Below, piece after piece: positions 1-5,881 of a stretch of DNA of 24,425 nt. The notes beneath the pieces are model-generated. The model was given only the letters and a program-made list of their open reading frames with translations. It had not been told where the DNA came from and made no database searches. A program made the position numbers and the translations under genes. The DNA is from a virus (Duplodnaviria > Caudoviricetes), in the IMG/VR virus record IMGVR_UViG_3300017785_000115, positions 1-24,425 of that record. One strand, 5' to 3'. How positions within the stretch are numbered: position 1 is the first letter of the stretch; each line of letters starts with the position of its first letter.

Positions 1-1
1 G

Positions 2-337
2 GATGCTGAACAAGCCAAAAATGCCATCAAACGCATCAAAGCCCTTCAAACGTCCTACGAGCGAAAATCAGAAAAGTTGAGGGCTTACCTTGCCGAGAAC
101 ATGAAAACGGCTGGAATCCACGAAATAAAGGCTTCTGACGGGTCTTTCGTGGTCAAGTTGTATGTTGACCGTGATGAATCCGTTTTGATTGAGGAAGGCA
201 CAGAATTCCCACCAGAATTGTGCAACGATCCCAAGCCTCCAGAGCCAAGCAAAACTAAGATTAAGAATGCCATTCTTGCTGGTGAGCCTGTTGCTGGAGC
301 CACCATTGTTCGTAAGGACAGATTAGTCATCAAATGA
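2..337 (+). CDS. Siphovirus Gp157-family protein, 5'-truncated by the window edge
   Basis: The frame of ORF 77..337 stays open back to position 2 (DAEQAKNAIKRIKALQTSYERKSEKLRAYL...). A coiled coil followed by the C-terminus 'PEPSKTKIKNAILAGEPVAGATIVRKDRLVIK' is typical of Gp157. Confidence 0.75.
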   Translation, partial: DAEQAKNAIKRIKALQTSYERKSEKLRAYLAENMKTAGIHEIKASDGSFVVKLYVDRDESVLIEEGTEFPPELCNDPKPPEPSKTKIKNAILAGEPVAGATIVRKDRLVIK

Positions 338-342
338 TTAAC

Positions 343-419
343 GGGGCTGAAAGCGGATGCTGTGCGTGATGTGCAAAGCATACGGATACCGTGTCACCCA
401 GACGCAGCGAGTAAGCCCC
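343..419 (+). ncRNA. Candidate structured RNA element in the Gp157-MazG intergenic region
   Basis: Closing stem GGGGCT(343-348)/AGCCCC(414-419). Inner stem GTGAT(366-370)/GTCAC(393-397) encloses two hairpins, GTGC-AAA-GCAT (371-381) and ACGG-ATA-CCGT (382-392). GAAA lies opposite GAGTA next to the closing stem. Confidence 0.45.
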
Positions 420-435
420 ACCTTTTAGGAAAAAC

Positions 436-753
436 ATGAAAGAAACACAATCATTTAGCAGCACAGAGTTTGCTGTTATGCAATGGGCTGAAGCTCGTGG
501 CATTTACAAAAATGGCACAGCATTAGGTCAAGCAAGCAAAACCGTTGAGGAGGCTTGCGAATTGTTGATTGCTATTGCCAAGGATGACAAAGCAGAGATT
601 GCTGACGCCATTGGTGATGTGATGGTCACGCTGGTCAACGTAGGGGTGTTGACCGATTTGGATGTGCGTCAATGCTTTTACAACGCCTATAAGGTTATTG
701 AGCCTCGCAACGGCTACATGAATGAGAATGGTGTGTTCGTTAAGTCAGAATAG
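436..753 (+). CDS. MazG-like NTP pyrophosphohydrolase (all-alpha NTP-PPase superfamily)
   Basis: Motifs 'QWAEARGI', 'KTVEEACEL' and 'EIADAIGDVMVTL' match the EExxE...D-xx-GD metal-binding pattern. An AGGA SD precedes the ATG. Confidence 0.85.
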   Translation: MKETQSFSSTEFAVMQWAEARGIYKNGTALGQASKTVEEACELLIAIAKDDKAEIADAIGDVMVTLVNVGVLTDLDVRQCFYNAYKVIEPRNGYMNENGVFVKSE

Positions 754-1336
754 TTAAAGCATGGTTAATGTGCTTGATACGGTCATCTAAACCGATTGTG
801 CCGCCATTGATCTTCTTGGTCATGGCGGTGTAATCTTTTGCATCGGCTTCTTTGTTAAGCCCACGCTTATTCCAAAACCAACCCGCGCTTAATGCTGCGT
901 ATTTAGGCGACAACAGGAGATCAGGCGAATGAACAAAATCCTCTCTCAAGGAATCACCGCACAAGGTGTAATTGTCCTTTCCGGTCAATTGAATGAGGCC
1001 GCGACCTTTATACAGGCTTCCCTCCTCGGTTTCTTCAGTACCATTACCCATTCGACCACCGTACACCTTGTTGGCAATCTTGTCGGGATTGCGGTGATAC
1101 GGTTGTGCTGCCTCAAGATTCGGGAATCTGCTAGGCCAAACTCGGCATAGTGCTTCTGCCGAATAATTTAGGTTTTCTTGCAGCGTCTTAAAGTTGCCAG
1201 ATTCATGAGCGCATTGCCCAATAAATGATGCCATGCGTAAAGGCGTATTGATTTCGTATCTGCTCATTGCTTCATTTAATGGCTCAAGCCATTCTTCACC
1301 AATGTGCAATTCTTTAAGTTGTTCAGCAGTAATCAC
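740..1336 (-). CDS. Endolysin, glycoside hydrolase family 19 (chitinase-like)
   Basis: GH19 motifs 'FIGQCAHESGNF', 'ENLNYS', 'YKGRGLIQLTGKDNY', 'SAGWFW' and 'TKKINGGTIGLDDR'. It is the last gene of the late operon. Confidence 0.93.
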   Translation of the reverse strand: MITAEQLKELHIGEEWLEPLNEAMSRYEINTPLRMASFIGQCAHESGNFKTLQENLNYSAEALCRVWPSRFPNLEAAQPYHRNPDKIANKVYGGRMGNGTEETEEGSLYKGRGLIQLTGKDNYTLCGDSLREDFVHSPDLLLSPKYAALSAGWFWNKRGLNKEADAKDYTAMTKKINGGTIGLDDRIKHINHALTILT

Positions 1337-1345
1337 TGTTTGTCC

Positions 1346-1843
1346 TTACTTAATTGCTGGTGCTTTTGACAGAAGGTCAGTCTTGGCTTGCGAACCAGCA
1401 GACGAGCCAAAGTAATAGGCAATGATGCCCGTCCATGCCGTGCCAAGCGAACCAAGCATCATCAAGATAGCAGGGTTGCTACTGTCTACTTTGCCAATAA
1501 ACATCATCACCAAGATGCCAAAGAAGCCTACGGTCACAGCGCCAGCCAGGATAGGCGGCATCAGGCTTCTGGTGGTGGCTTGCATCTCCCGTGCTGACTT
1601 GCGGTCTTCAACTTCCAGCTTCTCAAAGTTAAGGCCAAGTTCTTGCGCTTGCTTTTGAAGTTCAATTTCGGCAATTTTTACTTGTGCAATCTGTTCTGCT
1701 GACATCTTGTTGCCAGAAATCATGTCGCTGACTTTATCTGGGTCAACACCAATAGCTTTGGAAATAGCAGATACAGCCATACCCGCTAGTGGGCCACCCA
1801 TAGCGGTGGCAATAGTCGGTGCAATTTGTTTAAGCCAATCCAT
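1346..1843 (-). CDS. Putative holin (resembles the GTA-type 3TM holin family)
   Basis: N-terminal Gly/Ala hydrophobic segment, then 'DRKSAREMQ', two clear TM helices and 'YYFGSSAGS'. Directly upstream of the endolysin. Confidence 0.7.
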   Translation of the reverse strand: MDWLKQIAPTIATAMGGPLAGMAVSAISKAIGVDPDKVSDMISGNKMSAEQIAQVKIAEIELQKQAQELGLNFEKLEVEDRKSAREMQATTRSLMPPILAGAVTVGFFGILVMMFIGKVDSSNPAILMMLGSLGTAWTGIIAYYFGSSAGSQAKTDLLSKAPAIK

Positions 1844-1844
1844 A

Positions 1845-2462
1845 TCAATTACCTCTCTTGGTTAGCATTGCGCTGGCAATCTCCAGCATGAATTTAATTT
1901 GCTCTAAGCTCTCGGGCTGTTGCGCCCACCCCACCGTGATCTGTCCAACAAAACGATGACTGTCAGGCGGCACACTTATTCGGCAAGTAAAAGTCACGCC
2001 CTTTTCGATGTACCACAGCCCAACTTCGGATTGAGCGTAGCGGTATTCGCTACACGGCACTTCGTTGGTCATCAACTTGATTACATCAGCGTTGTTGGCT
2101 GCGTTTTGACTAAACAACCCCACATCAATGTCTTCGATGCTTTTGTCTCGTCCGTCTTTTGTGTAAGCCCTGTAAAGCACCCGGCTACCAAACAAAGGAT
2201 TGACCTTAAACACCGCCACCACCGTTGCGCCGGTTTTTTTGAACAGCATGGAACTGGCATCGTCTGTCCGAGAAGTGTTGATCTCAGGAAGTTTCTTGGA
2301 CTCCTTGTAGGCATCGCGCATGAATTCTTGGTTCTGCCAAAGGAAATAGCCAGAAAACGCAATGATGCCCATCAGGATAATGGCAAACAGTTTAAACGGC
2401 GAATCCACATACCCAAGCACTTTGTCGAGCGCTGTGTTGGCGTTTAACTTGTCGTCACTCAC
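1845..2462 (-). CDS. Single-pass membrane protein with a probable GAF-like periplasmic domain; T4 T-like holin candidate
   Basis: 205 aa, one TM at about residues 24-43, two Cys in the soluble domain. C-terminus 'FVGQITVGW...LEIASAMLTKRGN'. GTG start in a GTGA overlap with the upstream stop. Located in the lysis cassette. Confidence 0.5.
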   Translation of the reverse strand: MSDDKLNANTALDKVLGYVDSPFKLFAIILMGIIAFSGYFLWQNQEFMRDAYKESKKLPEINTSRTDDASSMLFKKTGATVVAVFKVNPLFGSRVLYRAYTKDGRDKSIEDIDVGLFSQNAANNADVIKLMTNEVPCSEYRYAQSEVGLWYIEKGVTFTCRISVPPDSHRFVGQITVGWAQQPESLEQIKFMLEIASAMLTKRGN

Positions 2463-2917
2463 CGCAGATACCTCATGTAAAGCACAATGCCGTACACCAT
2501 AAGCGCCGCCAAAACGATTGCCGCAAGGCTGACCGCAATATATTCAGCAAGTTGCTCGGCTTTTCGTTTCCGCAACGCAATTCGCCTTGCCTCGGCTTCT
2601 TTCTCCTCGCGCCTACGTCTTGCGGCTTGGGCTTGAAACTTCACCCAATCGTCCCACAGGCCGGGACGACCAGCATAAACCATCCGTTCACGCAATTCAG
2701 TTTCTTGGGCGTTGAGTTGCTCCAAAGCCATAAACTCTTGCATGTCAGACCGCGCCCCACCAGATGCCGCCTTTTTGGTGGCTTTTTCCTGAATCTTGGC
2801 TTTATTGTCAAAATAATCAAAGACTCGACCACCCAAGGCAGAAAGTTCTTTGCCATTGTTTAAAGCCGATTTGATGACGTTAAACGCTGCGTTAGCCGCC
2901 GCCAATTCAACCAGCAT
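2459..2917 (-). CDS. Hypothetical coiled-coil protein with a C-terminal TM anchor (152 aa)
   Basis: The likely start is ATG 2917 (MLVELAAANAAF...) rather than 2998, because the upstream stretch is better explained by a separate small ORF. Charged helix followed by a hydrophobic C-terminus. Confidence 0.7.
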   Translation of the reverse strand: MLVELAAANAAFNVIKSALNNGKELSALGGRVFDYFDNKAKIQEKATKKAASGGARSDMQEFMALEQLNAQETELRERMVYAGRPGLWDDWVKFQAQAARRRREEKEAEARRIALRKRKAEQLAEYIAVSLAAIVLAALMVYGIVLYMRYLR

Positions 2918-3014
2918 AAGCCGCCCTAAAAAAAGGAACCAAAATGTAGGCGCACCAAATGACGATGGCACAGACCCCGACCGCCGCGATGAATGCAACG
3001 GCCCAATCTTTCAT
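2907..3014 (-). CDS. Small membrane peptide, 35 aa (MKDWAVAFIAAVGVCAIVIWCAYILVPFFRAAYAG), absent from the ORF track
   Basis: Translated by hand. ATG sits 1 nt after the stop of 3016..3219 and the TGA overlaps the start of the next gene, so it fills the gap exactly. One TM helix. Confidence 0.6.
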   Translation of the reverse strand: MKDWAVAFIAAVGVCAIVIWCAYILVPFFRAAYAG

Positions 3015-3015
3015 G

Positions 3016-3219
3016 TCAAAGCCCAAATATTTTTTTGACAAACTCGGCAGCAACACCCGGCCCAAGCAGCACAGCAGCAATTACTGCATAAAGCAGATAT
3101 TCGATCTTTGCCATGCGCTTAGAGCCTGACTCAAAACTCTTTTGAATGCCTTCGTATCGTTGGGCGCAGACTGCTTCGTGTGTGGATAGTCGTGCATCTG
3201 TTGCGTCAACTGTCGCCAT
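3016..3219 (-). CDS. Small coiled-coil plus C-terminal TM protein (XhlA-like architecture)
   Basis: 'RLSTHEAVCAQRYEGI' coiled coil, then hydrophobic 'YLLYAVIAAVLLGPG'. GGAG SD upstream. First gene after the fibre. Confidence 0.65.
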   Translation of the reverse strand: MATVDATDARLSTHEAVCAQRYEGIQKSFESGSKRMAKIEYLLYAVIAAVLLGPGVAAEFVKKIFGL

Positions 3220-3233
3220 TTGCTTCTCCGAAT

Positions 3234-4802
3234 TTAGTTGATGCGGTAAACAATGAATGTGTTTGCCGCCGTTCTACGAATCCTGAACTGTCCAGAAATG
3301 TTGGTTGCAACAAGCGTTCTACCCACAATTGTCACGCCAGTATTTGCTGCTATTGTGATGTTGGCTGGCACTGAGTTGATGACATAAAAATCATACCCAA
3401 GGTCAACAGAACTCCAAGGGATAAGCGTTTCTAAAGTTGTCCCAAGAGGCAGCGTAACTGTATAAGCTGTTGCACCTGTCGTATTAACTATTTGCGCCAG
3501 AATGTCTGCGTTTGTTAATGTTGCCGTTGCAGTTATCGTTGATGGCGTTGGGCAGTAAACAACCGCTGCGCCAGAAACCATCTGTGAATTACCTGAAGAA
3601 TCAAATGATTGGCGGACGTTACCTTGACCGTCACTCAAAACAATCCAGTTGTTTCCTGTTGCAGAAATTGGCGCAGCAGCGCCTGTGTAGCTGCCAAGGA
3701 TGACGTTGTTGGAGCCAGTAGTAATGCCGCTGCCAGAATTTTGACCAAGCGCAGTATTTTGGCTACCAAGATTTTGTGTTAAAGCTGAATTTCCAATTGC
3801 AGTATTAAAGCCGCCCGTTTGATTGCTAAACAACGTACCATCACCTAGCGCTGTATTGCCATTGCCTGACAAATTTGAGCCTAGCGAGGTATTTCCAAAA
3901 GCTGTATTACTGGCTCCACCTACATTTAAAGCTAATGCGCCAGAACCCCCTGCCGTATTATTTGTTCCTGTCGTGTTTGCCGCCAAAGCACTAGCACCGA
4001 CAGCCGTATTAGTAGATACCGCCCCACCACCAAGACCAACGGTCACACCTTGAATTGTAAAGTTTCCGCTAACTGCTATGGTGGTTGTTGCACCCGACAC
4101 AGCGGAACCAATATTTATGCTTGTAATTGAACCAGATACACCCGCAGTCCCAAAATTTATTGTTTTGGTGCTTCCGCTTAGTGTGGGTCCAACTCCAACA
4201 TCCAATGTGTGCGTTGCTTGTGATCGGTCAACCGTAATGGTTCCGGTTTGAGGTATTCCACCAATCGTAATTGTTCCAGAGTTAGTTGCTGGCACAAATG
4301 ATGTTGAACCAGTAAATGTCTGTGATGTGTTTGCAAGCGTTGCAAGTGTGCCAGTTGCGTTTGGCAGTGTGTATGTGCGTGTTGTCGCAGTAGTAATACC
4401 AGAAAGTTCAAACAAAGCCTTTTTGGTGGTATCTGCATTGTCTTGCAATGTAAACTTGGTGTCATCAATAGAAAAAACGCCAGTAGTGTTGGCAATTGCA
4501 AACGATGCAGTACCATCCAACGCCTTGACGTTTGTAACCTCAAGGTTTGTTGTGTCTACACTTGTCAATCCAGTTAAAGCACCAGCATCACTCAAAATGC
4601 CAACGGAATTTTGAATTAACTTGCCTGTAGTGCCATCAAATCTGACAAGAGCATTGTCTGTTGAAGATGCTGGCCCATCCACATCACCATCACCCGCTGG
4701 ACCGGGGATGCCACGGTCAAGAATGACTGTTGTTGATGGAGTTGGTGTTACCTCAAGGGTAAGGTTGTTTGAGTCTTGAACGACTACGCTAATTGGCCCC
4801 AT
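3234..4802 (-). CDS. Tail fibre / receptor-binding protein
   Basis: 522 aa, Thr/Gly/Asn-rich. Short G-X-Y stretch (GIPGPAGDG), fibre-type segments and NTAxG...AL repeats. GGAG SD. Located after the tail-tip genes. Confidence 0.75.
   Translation of the reverse strand: MGPISVVVQDSNNLTLEVTPTPSTTVILDRGIPGPAGDGDVDGPASSTDNALVRFDGTTGKLIQNSVGILSDAGALTGLTSVDTTNLEVTNVKALDGTASFAIANTTGVFSIDDTKFTLQDNADTTKKALFELSGITTATTRTYTLPNATGTLATLANTSQTFTGSTSFVPATNSGTITIGGIPQTGTITVDRSQATHTLDVGVGPTLSGSTKTINFGTAGVSGSITSINIGSAVSGATTTIAVSGNFTIQGVTVGLGGGAVSTNTAVGASALAANTTGTNNTAGGSGALALNVGGASNTAFGNTSLGSNLSGNGNTALGDGTLFSNQTGGFNTAIGNSALTQNLGSQNTALGQNSGSGITTGSNNVILGSYTGAAAPISATGNNWIVLSDGQGNVRQSFDSSGNSQMVSGAAVVYCPTPSTITATATLTNADILAQIVNTTGATAYTVTLPLGTTLETLIPWSSVDLGYDFYVINSVPANITIAANTGVTIVGRTLVATNISGQFRIRRTAANTFIVYRIN
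3693..4010 (-). repeat. Six tandem ~17-aa NTAxGxxAL repeats in the fibre, plus a partial seventh
   Basis: NTAVGASALAANTTGTN / NTAGGSGALALNVGGAS / NTAFGNTSLGSNLSGNG / NTALGDGTLFSNQTGGF / NTAIGNSALTQNLGSQ / NTALGQNSGSGITTGSN / NVILG. Confidence 0.85.
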
Positions 4803-4811
4803 GATGACTCC

Positions 4812-5309
4812 TTAACTAATGTTGATAATGCCATCAGATCGAACAAGGAACATCAGAAAAATAATCAAATCATCCTGTGGAGTTCCTCCAGAAGCGGGAA
4901 AACTAACTTTGATTCGACCACTGAAACAAACAGGGTCAACCAAATCAATTTGCAATTCTGGATCGCCAGCAATGACAGACCATGCGCTGTCATCCAACAC
5001 AAGCGTAAATGTTCCCGCAATATCAATACGATTGGAAATTGTCAGGTTTACCGTTGTTGGGGTTGGCGTGTAATTGCCAATATCAAAGGACAATCCCGTT
5101 CGTGTGTCCTGTAGATTGGTGACAGTTCGCCTGACAATTTGTGCGCTGATTGTTGCGCCTGTCAAATCAATTGGAGTGCTTGGAAGTGTTGCGGTTGTTT
5201 TAAGCGCAAGATTCCAGTAAGTCTGCTGGTTGTAAACAAGCTCACCCGTAATGAGTGGATTGTCAAAACCCGAGACTTGGGTAATGACGTTTTGGCTAAA
5301 GACTGGCAT
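4812..5309 (-). CDS. Virion structural protein, probable fibre adaptor (BppU N-terminal-like beta sandwich)
   Basis: 'PIDLTGATISAQIVRR...GTFTLVL' pattern, seen in fibre-anchoring domains. Directly upstream of the fibre gene. Confidence 0.5.
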   Translation of the reverse strand: MPVFSQNVITQVSGFDNPLITGELVYNQQTYWNLALKTTATLPSTPIDLTGATISAQIVRRTVTNLQDTRTGLSFDIGNYTPTPTTVNLTISNRIDIAGTFTLVLDDSAWSVIAGDPELQIDLVDPVCFSGRIKVSFPASGGTPQDDLIIFLMFLVRSDGIINIS

Positions 5310-5317
5310 GAAAATTC

Positions 5318-5357
5318 CCTGTACTCAGGTGGTAACGCTCCCCATGTACTCACGGGG
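5318..5357 (-). promoter_or_regulatory. Twin hairpins with identical AGUA loops in the 5' leader of 4812..5309
   Basis: Minus strand CCCCGTG-AGTA-CATGGGG (5357-5340) and CCTG-AGTA-CAGG (5329-5318). The second hairpin covers part of the AGGGA SD and ends 8 nt before the ATG. Confidence 0.6.
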
Positions 5358-5384
5358 TACGAATGCTGTCTTGTCTTGTTTGGG

Positions 5385-5397
5385 ATTATCTCATATT
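5385..5397 (-). promoter_or_regulatory. Candidate late promoter motif, copy 1 (AATATGAGATAAT)
   Basis: Matches AATAYRRGAYAAT, also found at 16125 and 20863. GATAAT is -10-like with a TG extension, and TTGATG lies 18 nt upstream. Confidence 0.55.
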
Positions 5398-5410
5398 GAT
5401 GCAAAAGACA

Positions 5411-5881
5411 TCAAGATATACGCAACCAAAGAGAAACAAGGTTTTGTGATGGGGCGACTGAAGTTACACCCATACAGCGCCATGTGCCTGTTTGAACGGA
5501 GCCTACGTTATTTCCTGAAGCATTTGATGGTGTTAAATCAGCGCCAGAAACAGTTGTGCCAAAACTCACAAGCGGGGAAGCGCCGTTATATCGCGCCATC
5601 ATGTATGTGCCGACTGCTCCAGCAGTTGTTGATGGAGCCGGTGCAGCCGCAGATGTCCACGTTGTCCCGTTTGAAGTAAGCACGTTACCGTTTGTTCCGG
5701 GGGCAACAACTTGAGGCGCAGAGGTTCCATTGCCAAGCAGTACATTGTTAGCTGTCAGCGTTGTCGTTCCAATCCCGCCGTTTGCCACCGGCAAAGTTCC
5801 TGAAACACCGGCTGTCAGAGATACCTGACCGCTAGTGTTGACGTTGTTGCCAAGTAAGCCAAGATTGAGTGCTGCTGTCAT
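5411..5881 (-). CDS. Short tail-fibre-like protein
   Basis: 'GTLPVANGG', 'VLLGNGTSA' and 'GNVLTSNG' fibre motifs, with the tip-type C-terminus 'GTWRCMG...LWLRIS'. Confidence 0.65.
   Translation of the reverse strand: MTAALNLGLLGNNVNTSGQVSLTAGVSGTLPVANGGIGTTTLTANNVLLGNGTSAPQVVAPGTNGNVLTSNGTTWTSAAAPAPSTTAGAVGTYMMARYNGASPLVSFGTTVSGADLTPSNASGNNVGSVQTGTWRCMGVTSVAPSQNLVSLWLRIS

Noticed and set aside
343-419. tRNA, hammerhead ribozyme or known riboswitch identity for the intergenic structure
   Set aside because: No T-loop GTTC or 7-nt anticodon loop, no CTGANGA hammerhead core, and no riboswitch consensus I recognise. Kept only as an unassigned structured element.
2918-2998. N-terminal extension of ORF 2459..2998 given in the ORF track
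   Set aside because: The region is better explained by the 35-aa ORF 2907..3014 in another frame plus an ATG start at 2917.
3693-4010. Periodic DNA similarity suggesting a CRISPR-like or tandem DNA array
   Set aside because: The periodicity is at the protein level (NTAxG repeats) with degenerate codons; there are no identical DNA repeats with unique spacers.
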